64,000 bases of DNA from Blepharisma stoltei ATCC 30299 (lineage: Eukaryota; Protista; Ciliophora): assembly GCA_965603825.1 (NCBI GenBank), contig CBFDEM010000010.1:186001-250000 (forward strand), written 5' to 3'. Position numbers and translations under genes: made by a program. Of the stretch, positions 1 to 11,211 are shown piece by piece; position 1 is the stretch's first letter; every line of letters begins with the position of its first letter. The notes under the pieces are model-generated. The model worked only from the letters and a program-made list of their open reading frames with translations, was not told the origin of the DNA and searched no databases.

Positions 1-2129
1 GCTCATTAACAAACCATTCTCGGAGTAAAAGCCTTAACCATAACTTCAATAAAATACAAATAAGTCTAAGTAAAGCACAAAAAAACTATTATCAGGAAAA
101 AGAAAAAACCCCTAAAAAAATTAATCAATCTCCGGATTTAAATAAAAAGAAAACTCATTATAAAGTAAATTCTGTCGAAATTCAGCAAGAAAGAAAAGTT
201 AATAAAAGTGTTGAAGGGATAAGAAGCTCAGCCGATAATTTTAACAGACGAAAAGCAAGCTTGATATGACCAAATGAAGAAAAAGTAGGTTTCTTATCAA
301 AAAATTATTCTATGGCTCAAAATGAAAACCAACAACGCCAAAAAACTGTATCTTCCATCAAATCAAAAAATATTATTGTAAAATTTATTTAGGATCTAAA
401 TAAATCCAAAAATAATCATGATTGAAATGAAATTTCAGGTTGCATTGCTTATTTGCTATGTGAAGTGGATCCAAAAATAAAAATAACAAACGAAAAACAT
501 ATGAAAAAAGAAATGATGCTTTATTTCAATGATTTGAATCATGTCATACAGATGCTGAAGAAATTACCATGATTTCTTAAAGAAAAAAGAATTTCAAAAA
601 GTAAAAATTACATAGCAAACATCACAAAATCTCACCAGAATTTCTTAAAAGCTGATTTATCGAAATTGCCTTCGAATTCAAAAACGCCAAAAATAATAAA
701 ATTATTAAAAAGTATTTTCAGTTCTCTTAAAATTGAAGACCATGATAAAAAGGAGCTTAAAGGCAATGGAAATAATGCACTTCAAAGCAAGTGCGATGAA
801 GATATCAAAATTATTACGGATCCTGAGAAAAGTTTAATAGAAAGCATAGAGCAAAAAAAGGAAGTAGAGAATATTGTTGAAATTGAGGTAGAATGCATAA
901 ATAAACAGGATGCTCTAATAAGCGCACAAACATCAGAACTTATTGATGAGAAGTTATTTACACTTAAAGTCTCAAACCAAGCAGAAGAAAATAATGAACA
1001 TATCGAAACTGATAGTTCTAACTTCGTTCCAATACAAGATTCTTTATCTGGGGATAATCCTATAAAATACCTTGATGAATGCAATGAGACCAAGGCTTCG
1101 AATCAAGCAGAAGAAATTGGTGAACACATAAAAACTGATAGTTCAAACTTTCTTCCAATACAGGATTCTTTATGTGGAGATAATCTTTTAAAATGTCCTT
1201 ATACTTACGATGAAATCAAAACTTCGAATCAAACAGAAGAAATTTATGAGCACATAGAAACTGATAGTTCAAACTTTCTTTCAATGCAAGATTCTTCGAA
1301 TGGAGATAATCCTCTAAAATGCCCTTATATCTACTATGATGAATCCTCATTTTCATCTTTTGAATGGTCAGAAAATTTTCGCTCTTTATCTCGATTATCA
1401 AGCGATTCTGGGGCATCAAAATCTTCACTTTTGCAAAGATTTTACCAAAAATCAGGCTATATTGCTAAGGAGCCACAGATTTTATCTGAAATTTTAATTA
1501 ATCCTGGAATCCCTCCATTAATCAGCGATAATGATACTCCAAATTTTTCTTCTAAGTCTAAAGCTGAGCAGAGTCCAATAAGAAAAATCCTCATACCATC
1601 AAATAAAGTGTCGTCCGCATCTCCAATTCCATATAAATCTCCAGCTATAAAGCCTAAAAGTGTACAAATTACTCCAAGAAAAAATGAAAATTGTCTAGAT
1701 TCTGCCAGAAAATCAAATGAATTTAATAAAAGAGTTGAAGAGAAAAATAAATTTAACTCTGAAGCAAAATGCAATAAAATTCTCGAAGAAAAATTTCAAG
1801 TCTTTTTAGAGAGAAAGCTAAAGGAAGACAAAAGTCAGAAAAATTCTCAATTTCAAAAAAAGCATAATTGGATGTCAGAGTTCAAAAACTGTATAGAAAT
1901 GATAGAAATTGGCAAAGAATTTGAAAAAGAAATAATACACAAAGCTAAACGTTTTTTTATTTCTCATCTTTCTGACAGATTATATAATCGAATTTTAGTA
2001 AAAGCACAAAAGCATATAGAAGAAGAGCAAAATCGTTATGCTTATGACATGGAAATTCAAGAAGCTCAAGCAGATGTTGCTAAAGAAAAGCAGAAACTCC
2101 AAGAAGTTTTGTCAAAATATTATAAATAA
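1..2129 (+). CDS. 5'-truncated hypothetical protein with three internal 42-aa repeats and C-terminal coiled coil
   Basis: Frame of ORF 666-2129 stays open back to base 3 if TGA=Trp and the 15-nt intron 378-392 (in-frame TAG) is removed; probable second intron 601-615; ends TAA. Confidence 0.75.
378..392 (+). other. 15-nt spliceosomal intron
   Basis: GTAAAATTTATTTAG, A at -6; removes an in-frame TAG. Confidence 0.85.
601..615 (+). other. probable 15-nt intron
   Basis: GTAAAAATTACATAG fits the local consensus; in frame without a stop, so not forced. Confidence 0.6.
966..1343 (+). repeat. 3 x 126-bp coding tandem repeat
   Basis: Units start at 966, 1092 and 1218 (KVSNQAEE / KASNQAEE / KTSNQTEE ... 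TDSSNF ... GDN). Confidence 0.9.
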
Positions 2130-2168
2130 AATTCACTTTAAATATTTTGCATATTAATTAATTTCTGC

Positions 2169-2732
2169 ATGCTAAGTGCGAATTTTAATGCAGTTAAAAA
2201 TATCCCTGATTCAATTATTAGCACACCATATAGTGCCTTATCGAACAGCTATTTACAAGAAACTGATCATAATTCAGAAATTGATGAAAGCATAAGGAAT
2301 GAAATTGAAAATAAATTTTTAAAATCAAAAGTAAATCAAACTTATACCTTTCCCAGAAAAAGGATATCTACCACGTTGCAAGATGATTTGACAAGAAAAG
2401 ATTATCATCTTGGCGCCTTAATAGGCGAAAAAAATAAAAGAAGTTTAAAATCACTACTTACCCAAAAAGTGAAACTCTCGAAAATTAGAACTGTAAATAT
2501 CCAAAGTAAAAGTCAGAAAAGAGTCAAATCTCTTAGCATGCTAAAAGGAGAGTTTTTGATAAATTTTAATCATAAAAGAATAAAAAGTGATGCAACTTCT
2601 TCTCCAAGCAAGTCTATAAAGTCACCTTATTTACAGTCGCCTAAAAAGCAGCTGCCAAAGATGGAGACATTAATGAGGAAAAAATTTACTCTCATCAAAA
2701 TTCATGGAAATTTATTAATGAAGGTCAGTTAA
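2169..2732 (+). CDS. hypothetical basic Ser/Lys-rich protein
   Basis: ATG-to-TAA ORF of 187 aa; no recognised domain. Confidence 0.65.
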   Translation: MLSANFNAVKNIPDSIISTPYSALSNSYLQETDHNSEIDESIRNEIENKFLKSKVNQTYTFPRKRISTTLQDDLTRKDYHLGALIGEKNKRSLKSLLTQKVKLSKIRTVNIQSKSQKRVKSLSMLKGEFLINFNHKRIKSDATSSPSKSIKSPYLQSPKKQLPKMETLMRKKFTLIKIHGNLLMKVS

Positions 2733-3979
2733 ATGAGAAAAGTTATTTTGGCGAAATTAATAATTATAATCAAGAAAATTTAATTAAAATTATTGACTGT
2801 TTAAATTTCATTTGCTATAGAAATATTTTAAACCTTTAATCTCTCAGAGAGATCAGCAAAAAATAATGAATGTGCTATAAAAATTTTTTAATTCTTTAAA
2901 TTCTTGTTTAATGGGTGATTATTGATCCAAATTATTTCTAAGTTTTTAGCAGATTTAAGGTCTTAAATTTTATCTGACAATTCTTAAAGTGAAGTAGGGC
3001 GTGGCTTTGCACGTTAACAGAATTGCTTAGATAGTATTGATTGATTGGCGGTTATCATCTCATATGAGACCAGTTACTTTCAATAAATTTCCAATAAAAC
3101 TTCAAAAAATTTCATTAAAGCTTCACAAAGCTCCAATGCGCAACCTAATTGTACCTGCAATGTAGGTCATATAGAATTTTGTGTGCCCCTCAAAATCCTT
3201 CACATGCATCTTTAGCTACTCCACTTCTTCTCCATTCAACGATTCTTCAGGATGCTCCAGCACCTCCAGGTGCTCTCCAAGCTCATCCACAATTGTTCAA
3301 AGCTGCAAATCCTTGGGATTATTACCTATAACTTTTGGAACGCCATTATGTGCGCGAAATAATAATAATAATTGCTTAAATATTATAAAAGGCATTTCTG
3401 ATTGACTAAAACATTGGTGAATATAATTCAATATGTACTCGAGGCTCCATGGCTGAAGGCCATGCCAAACCGAAACTAAAAATATAACAATTTATTATCT
3501 CTGATTTCAATATAATTTAATGTTTAAATATAGAGATTTAAAAGATGGCTATTGCTAGGAAGTGGCTTCGAGTCTCTTTGCTTCAAATATGTACCTCTTT
3601 ATCATAGACATTCAAGTGTAAAAACTATTTAGTACACAAGATAAAATTACGTAATTCTTAATAATTGTGATTTAATATGGACGGACTCGAAAGTTATTAT
3701 TTTTAAATGCTGATGATCCAAGTAATTTTCATGATATACAGTAATTCTAATTTGCAACTAGAAATTAGAATTTACAATGCAATATTTGATATGTAGCAAG
3801 ATTCAGTATTCATTTATAATTAAATTCACTCCAATTTTAATTCTATACCTGACACCCTATTTAATTATTTTATGGCAGAAGCCAAAAGCAGTAAAATAAA
3901 TATAATTAGGCTGATCTGTTTTCAAAAAGTACTTTCATAACAAATATTTAATTTATTCTAGAGTGGATTTTATTATAAT

Positions 3980-4567
3980 ATGAAGAATCAAAATACACTT
4001 TTTATTCAAGATCTATACTCATCCTCTATAGATGCACCTAACATTGTCTGGGTTCCTTACTACCAGAATCCTGTAACTCTGGAAATGACGCCAGTTTTTC
4101 CACTTGAGTCGATCACTCATGAAGCAAAATTGAAAGAACAGCCTCCAAAATCTAATCGTGGAGCAAGAAGCTTACAATGGACAGAGCCAGAAGATGAAAT
4201 ACTTTATAATTCTATGGTTAAGAATGGAGTTAAATCATGGGCTCAAATAGCAAATCTCATTAATAAGCAGGTCTATAACGGCGAGGAAATACGCCATGGA
4301 AAGCATTGCCGTGAAAGATGGTTCAACCACGTGAACCCAGATATTAAGAGTAAAATTTACTTAGAGACTGAATGAAGTCACGAAGAAGACTTAGAACTTG
4401 TTAAGCTCTTCATAAAGCACGGCAAATGCTGGAGCTCAATTTCTAAAAATTTGAAAGGAAGGACCGAAAATTTTGTTAAAAACAGGTTTAATAGCCTTTG
4501 TAGAAAGGCTAAAAGGGCTAATAAAAGTCTTTCTGAATTTTTCAATGTCTCTCTAAGTGACGAGTAG
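3980..4567 (+). CDS. R2R3 Myb-like transcription factor
   Basis: WTEPEDEIL..WAQIA..RHGKHCRERWFNHVNP, then after intron 4350-4364 and TGA=W: KKTEWSHEEDLELVKLFIKHGKCWSSISKNLKGRTENFVKNRFN; TAG at 4565-4567. Confidence 0.92.
4350..4364 (+). other. 15-nt intron
   Basis: GTAAAATTTACTTAG; removal restores the Myb linker NPDIKKTEW. Confidence 0.85.
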
Positions 4568-5076
4568 CAGCGTAGTCTTCAATGAATCGCTTTAATAAGA
4601 AATATTGTCTTCAAATTGCGTGATTTGCTTTGTTCCATTTTGATTTTTCGATTCAGTCCATGTCTTTTTAGTTTTTATAAAGTTTCCGAAACTTTATGCT
4701 CTGTTTTAATAATTTTTGATCATGCATTTCAATAAATTTTATATTCCATTTGAAAAAATTATAATAAAAAACACTGTTTTTAATAATTTAAGCAATCAGT
4801 ATTTTGACGATTTTCAAGGAGTATATATGCAAATATCTTTAAGATGAAACAATTAATTAATTTTTACGCTCGAATCCTTGATTTGACGATATTAATTCTA
4901 TTGAGAAAAGTGTTTTTGCGCAATTATATGATTAATTTGGAAATTATTTTACTTGCATTTTTATTGTCTTAATAATTTGAAAATAATGCCTTTTGAACAA
5001 ACACTCTTATTTACTTTTAGATTGCAATTCTCAACTACTTAAACTTAAATAAATCTATTTCAAAACGATTAATTAA

Positions 5077-5943
5077 TTAGATCAAAACAACTGCATCTAC
5101 GCTTTTACTTGGCGCACACTGTACTAATCTACATTCTTTTACATCAAAATAATAAGCGATTTTCATTTCTGAAATCAATAATCTTTCTGGGAATTTCCTT
5201 CCATCAGTAATCTTCAATAACGTTCCTGATTCATTGCAATAGATTCCAAAATCTTTTTTATCACTTTCTCTAAATGCAATAATTAATTTCCTATCCCATT
5301 GTTCTTTATGTATTTGTCTGACGATTTGCAATCTAAATTTATATCTCTCAGTTTCATTTTTTCTTAAGTTCAAAATTTCAAGCATTTTTTGCTTTACTGC
5401 TGTTTTTTTATTGTTATTGTAGTTTTTAGTATATTCTTCTGATGCTTTAATGAGAGCCATTTCATTGGACAATTCATTATAAGACGAACTCGGAGTATTT
5501 TGTAAAGAATTATCAACGGTTGAGCTTGAAGTTCTTTGCAAATCTCTAAATTCTTCTTCAGAAGCTGTGGATGCATACGTATCGGACTGTCCTTGGCTTG
5601 ATTTTAAAAATTCTGTGCACTTACTAAATCCTTGATTGGTATTTATTGCTCGTGACGAAACTGCGTTCACATTTCAAACATTTTTGGGTGTTAGGGTATT
5701 AAGCTCACATATTATGGAATTTACACCACTTATTGTTCTCTTATGTCGAGGCTTAGAAGCAAACGTTTGAAAGGCAAAATTTGGATAAAATGAAGCGTTT
5801 CTTGGCGAATCATGAGAGATATCTGAAGACGGGATTTTTATTTTTGGAATCTGCTTTTCAGAGAGACATGCAGGGTTTAAAGAAAAGGGGCATTTAGATG
5901 GGTTAGAGTTCGAATAGCGGTGATATGGTATTCTCGATGACAT
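5077..5943 (-). CDS. hypothetical protein
   Basis: ORFs 5674-5964 and 5077-5670 are in one frame joined by a TGA (PKNV-W-NVNAVSS); first ATG at 5943. Confidence 0.7.
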
Positions 5944-6104
5944 ATTTTTGTTATAATGAAGCAAATTATTGAGTTACTGTTTATTTTTTATCAATAATAA
6001 ATTTGAATTATTTTTATATAATCGCGTCTAATATGTTTTATATTTTATCTTAAATATGATTAAAAAAATTATGAAGAGCCAAAACGAGAAATTAATCGAT
6101 AAAA

Positions 6105-8396
6105 ATGGATACTCAAGGCTACTCAAATTGAAGAATTCAGCGATCGATTGACTCTTTTAGTAATACTTTATCTACTTACCAGCTTAAAGCAGGGTTAAAT
6201 TACACTGGCTTAAAAACTGTTGTTTCTTTCCCCCAAAATTATTTGCAACTGCTTATAGATCCTTTGCTTTTATACCCAACTTTAAAAAGCAACTCAGATA
6301 TTTCTCCAGATCCTCGATCCACAATAAAATCTATTGAACTTATTTTTACAAATGAAATAGATATAAATAACGCTCTGCAAATCTTAGCTCAGACAAGCCC
6401 ATTTAATCAGCATAATTCTCAAAATTCAAAAGGCAGGGTAAATTTTAAATAGATAGAAGACGTTCCCCTTAATTCATTTGAGCAAGAATCTCAACTCAGC
6501 GTTTATGCGAACTCAAATATTTTGAATTTGTCCGGCTTAAATAATCAACTATTTGACAATGCCTCATTATCAAGCCAATATGGATCTTCTAGCGAGGATA
6601 AGCAGATAATTGACACTGATACTTTTGACAAAGAAGCAATAGAGCAAATTCATAGGGATTTTGAAGAAAAAATTGAAGAAAAAAATATAGAGTTTTCCTC
6701 AAGAAGCTCGCTTACTTCAATTCTCGCCAGATCTATAATTGACACAAATGCAAGGGGATCGCTGCTTAATATGAGATTATCAACCGTAATAAACCAAGAA
6801 ATCTCAGAAGATGAATCCTTCAAAGGAAAATTTGGGGATAGCGAAATTGAATGAGACATTCGAGGATCTTGCCCATTTAGAGGGGCCAGCGAGTTATCAT
6901 TGATCCAAAAATTCGGCCTAAGTCCACAAATAACAGAAGAAGAGAGGTTTGAGACTGATGAATCTTGCTTTTCATTCCCAGATGAAGGTAAACCTCAAGT
7001 CATAAAATGCTACTCTGTTAGATGTTCCGCATCAAAAAATATTTTAAACCAGTTTCATAGCAAACCTTCAATAGTAAAACTCCAACAAAAATTGATAGCA
7101 AGCTCTTCTATTTCTGTCTCAGAGTTTATAGAAACTATAGAAACTGAGCCTGGCATCAAATGGCCTGACCCTTATTCTCCACTACTAAAAAAAGCTGTAA
7201 TTTGTGCATCAAAAGATATTTCGTTTAGCGAAGAACAAACAGAAGCCCTGAATACTTTAGAAATAATTTCTTCTGTGTGCTTCTCTGGCTTTAACTCTTC
7301 GTTAAATCTAGAATTCTCATATCTAGAAGATCAAAACAAAGTATCAGCAGATAATAAATTAAAATCTAGCAACCGACCTTTGCTATTTTCTGAAAAAATC
7401 ACCAAAAGTATAGCGATTTCTGAAGTTTGCTGAATTTCTTGTGGATTTGAACACTGTGCGCTTGTAACAACTGAAGGAAAAGTGATGAGTTGAGGTTATG
7501 GGGCTTCTGGCTGTTTAGGCCAAGGAAGCACAAATTCTTACCCTTTTCCAAAACTCATAAGAGATTTATCTGGAGAAATTATTGTATATGTAGAGTGTGG
7601 AGGATACCATACAGTAGCTTTAACTGACAATGGCGATGTATACACATGAGGACGAGGGGACGCAAATCAGCTAGGAGTTCCTTCAACAAGCCTTTATAGA
7701 GATGAGCTTGGATATGTATCACTTCGGCCTACCAAATTAGAGTATTTTACTAACCAAGATATATTTATTAAATCAGCTGCATGTGGAGAAGCCCATACTT
7801 TACTATTAGATACATTAGGATGCATTTATGCATTTGGCTGAGCAGAAGACGGTCAATTAGGTATTTCTGATGAAAATATAACAAGCGATTATATGAGCAA
7901 AGAAATTACACAAGTAAATAGCTTAAGCGGGATTTTTGTAACTCAAATCTCAGCTGGGGCAAACTTTTCAGCTTGCTTAACTGAAGATGGAAAAGTTTTT
8001 GTATGGGGAAGTGGAGAGCATGGACAGTTAGGCATTGAAAATTCAGAAAATTTGAAGCAAAAAAATCCAACTATGGTAGAAGCATTAAATAATGAAATTA
8101 TAGTGAGTATTGTGTGTGGAGAAAACCATGTGATCTGCCTCAGCGATAATAATAAAATCTTTGGCTGGGGATTAGGAAAAGCTGGAGCTTTCCCGAATCT
8201 TGAAGGAGGGTTTACACCTGGGTCTGATTTAATCTGCCATGTCCCAAAAATAATCCCAACTTTGGATAATACTCAGTATTTTGTTGTAAAATCATGCAAA
8301 GAAGCATCAGAGTTAACATCAAAAAATGAAGAGTATGCTAATTTAGCCTTGGCTCTTGCTCAAAAATTGAAGCACTTGCAAATGGAAGATGATTAA
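6105..8396 (+). CDS. RCC1-repeat protein with long N-terminal extension
   Basis: Repeats ISCGFEHCALVTTEGKVMSWG, VECGGYHTVALTDNGDVYTWG, ISAGANFSACLTEDGKVFVWG; several conserved W are TGA; intron 6438-6452. Confidence 0.88.
6438..6452 (+). other. 15-nt intron
   Basis: GTAAATTTTAAATAG; removes an in-frame TAG. Confidence 0.85.
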
Positions 8397-8416
8397 TTGC
8401 TAATAAAAATAAAATT

Positions 8417-9034
8417 ATGCTTAGAACTAAAAGATTGCTTGATTTGCTTATAAAAAGACTTGAAAATAATTTAGCTTTTTCTACAAATCACACAGTATCA
8501 ACATCAGAGACTAAAAAGACTGATCCTCCTTCTATTGATGAAATGTTTTTACAAATAGACATTCGTGTAGGCCGAATTATTGAATGCTGGAAGCACCCAG
8601 AAAGTGAATCACTTTACTGTGAAAAAATTGATATAGGAGAAGGAGAACCAAGAGAAATTGGATCCGGACTGCAAAAGCATGTTCCTTTAGAATCCATGAG
8701 CGGACTAGTTTTAGTTGTAGCGAATCTCAAACCTAGAAAACTTGCAGGATTCTTATCAAATGGAATGGTTTTAGCTGTTTCTCAAGAAAATAAAGTTGAT
8801 TTACTTAGACCGCCTCAGACTGCTATTACTGGCGAAAGAATTGGAATTTTTGGATTAAAAGATCCTGTACAAGAGCTGATTTTGCCTACTCTAAACCCGA
8901 AGAAAAAAATTATGGAGTCTTGTCTGCCTTGACTCAAAACAGATTCAGAAGGCTATGCTTGTTTTGGTGACAAAAAATTGTTAACATCCCAAGGTCCAAT
9001 AGTCAGTCCATTTAAAAATTCTCAAATTTCTTAA
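8417..9034 (+). CDS. tRNA-binding OB-fold protein (Arc1p/AIMP1/EMAP-II C-domain type)
   Basis: IDIRVGRIIECWKHPESESLYCEKIDIGE, VANLKPRKLAGFLSNGMVL, LNPKKKI; reads through TGA 8930-8932 to TAA 9032-9034. Confidence 0.9.
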
Positions 9035-9072
9035 TTTATTTGATCTCCATTCTAATTCAAAGAAATTATTAT

Positions 9073-10488
9073 TTAATCCTCTTCACCACTCTGCTCCTCT
9101 GAGTCTTCCTCACTTTTTTCTTCTTCTTCCTCCTCTTCCTCATCCTCTTCATCTTTTAAGCCAGTCAATAATCTATTGCTCACAATTTTATTTCCATCCA
9201 GCACAAGAAATGTGCCTTCATGCGGGGTTTTCTCAAATCTAACAGTGGCTGTTGTATCTTCTGAGTATTTGATTGTGCTATCCTCGACTCCAAACACTTC
9301 CGGGGATTGAGCACAAGCCACTTCAAGTTTCCTGAAATAAAGTTTTTTGCTCATATTGGTTAATGTGCATATAAATTGGTTTTCATGTTCTTCGTCTTTC
9401 TCTACACTTATTAATTGAATAGGAGTCACAGGGTAAGCAACAGAAACAATTTTCCCTTCACTTTGGGCTATCAAATGTTTATAGAAAAATTCTTCCTCAG
9501 GCATAACTACAGAAATTATCTTCTTAATGCGCGAATTAGGCTCCACCAGTTTGAATTCACAGATTTTTTCTTTGGTTTCTATGCACCAGATTTCGAGCTG
9601 ACGGAAATAATCTTGAGTGGTGTTTACAAGTTTTATTTCCCACTTTCCGTCATCTTGTAAAGTCACATTTCTAATGAGATAGAATTCGGCAGGAATTACT
9701 TTTGCTGGAGGTGGATAAAGGGTTTCAGCATGGTCGCGGGCTTTAAGAATGACTTCTTTGAGATTTGTCAAGTTATCAAACGTTTTTCTGACTTTATCCT
9801 GGGTTTCTTCCACTCTTTTTTTATCTGAGCTATTGTTCTTGGTTTTGGGAGTCACAACAAGTTTTTGTGACAGATCTTTAGCTTTCCCTGTCACTTCGTC
9901 GATTTTTTCTTTTAATTTCATGCACACATCAACTACTTCTTCAGAGTAATCTCTGTAAAGTGACTGCAAAACTTCTTTAAGTGAGGCCTTTATGTGATCT
10001 TGTACCTGCTGGAAATGATGATCTGATATCACATTCTGAGACAGAAGCTTAGGGTCACATGAATAGATCTCTGTTGACTCAATGGATTTAAATGGCTCCA
10101 AACTTCCCCATTCAGGTTTGCCCAGGAAGTCATTTTCAACAAATATGAAAACCTCGCTGTAGTCCTTTAAGAGATTGTCGAAGTTAAGGGCAAATTTATT
10201 TCCTCTCTTTTTGGAGTATTTTGCTGGCAGCTCAGTAATTCTTGGCAGGGCGGAAATCCCCTGGACAGGTTCGTCAGTCAGAATATTTGTATAGAAGGTT
10301 GGGAGGAATGTTTTTTCTTGGGCTGAAATTGCATAGCTAATTGCTAGCTGGGAAGACGAGCAAATTATTGCTGAGCATTCAGAAAACGCTTTGGTACCCT
10401 CATCAAAATAGTCTACAACTGCTCTTGCTACTTGTTCATTGGATTTGCTTTTGGTGACACCGATAAAATAGACCTTGGGCCGCTCCAT
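9073..10488 (-). CDS. hypothetical protein: degenerate histidine-phosphatase-like N-terminus, coiled coil, beta-rich domains, acidic tail
   Basis: Intact 471-aa ORF; the domain call is pattern resemblance only. Confidence 0.75.
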   Translation of the reverse strand: MERPKVYFIGVTKSKSNEQVARAVVDYFDEGTKAFSECSAIICSSSQLAISYAISAQEKTFLPTFYTNILTDEPVQGISALPRITELPAKYSKKRGNKFALNFDNLLKDYSEVFIFVENDFLGKPEWGSLEPFKSIESTEIYSCDPKLLSQNVISDHHFQQVQDHIKASLKEVLQSLYRDYSEEVVDVCMKLKEKIDEVTGKAKDLSQKLVVTPKTKNNSSDKKRVEETQDKVRKTFDNLTNLKEVILKARDHAETLYPPPAKVIPAEFYLIRNVTLQDDGKWEIKLVNTTQDYFRQLEIWCIETKEKICEFKLVEPNSRIKKIISVVMPEEEFFYKHLIAQSEGKIVSVAYPVTPIQLISVEKDEEHENQFICTLTNMSKKLYFRKLEVACAQSPEVFGVEDSTIKYSEDTTATVRFEKTPHEGTFLVLDGNKIVSNRLLTGLKDEEDEEEEEEEEKSEEDSEEQSGEED

Positions 10489-11211
10489 GTATTTAATTAT
10501 AAATCTACAATTATTAAAGTAAATGGAAAAGCATATTAGAGTTTAAAATCATAAAGTCTATGTATAATGCAAGTAGATAATTAGTAGATCTTATCAGAAC
10601 CATTTAACATTTTATCAAATTAAATTATAATATTCGATTTTTTGCTGTTTATCACTAACCATCTAGGCATCGAAAATTTTAATTAAAGTTTTACCTTTAA
10701 ATATAAGTTTGCTAATAATTATAGAGCGAAATTATCGAAGATCTCGAGAAGTTTGAAATAAAATAAATCTAATTAATCAAAAAATTTAATCCCGTGCTTT
10801 ATTAGTTTTGAAAGCCTATTAATTATTTATTTATAAACTTAATTTAAATAAGAAACTTTATTTAAAACAATCTTGCTTGGAAAATGAGCTGTAGCAGTGT
10901 TAATTTTACTATAAAACTCGGAACCTGGCTTTCCAAAAGCAAAGCATTTCCTAATTGAGATTTAAAAATTATATATAAAGAATAGCATATCTCGGAACTC
11001 TTAAAAATTGATTTTATGCGATTTTGAAAATTTATTAAATATTTTTAAAAAAATAATAAAGCAGCTTTAACAAAACTCAATTGAAGGAGACATATTCTTT
11101 CATGCTCGGTCAAAAAATATATCAATTACTTCGTACTTTATAATTCAATTAGAAAATTATTCTTGATTACTCTTTAAAAAATGCATTAAAAAGTTATAAA
11201 ATATTCAAGCA

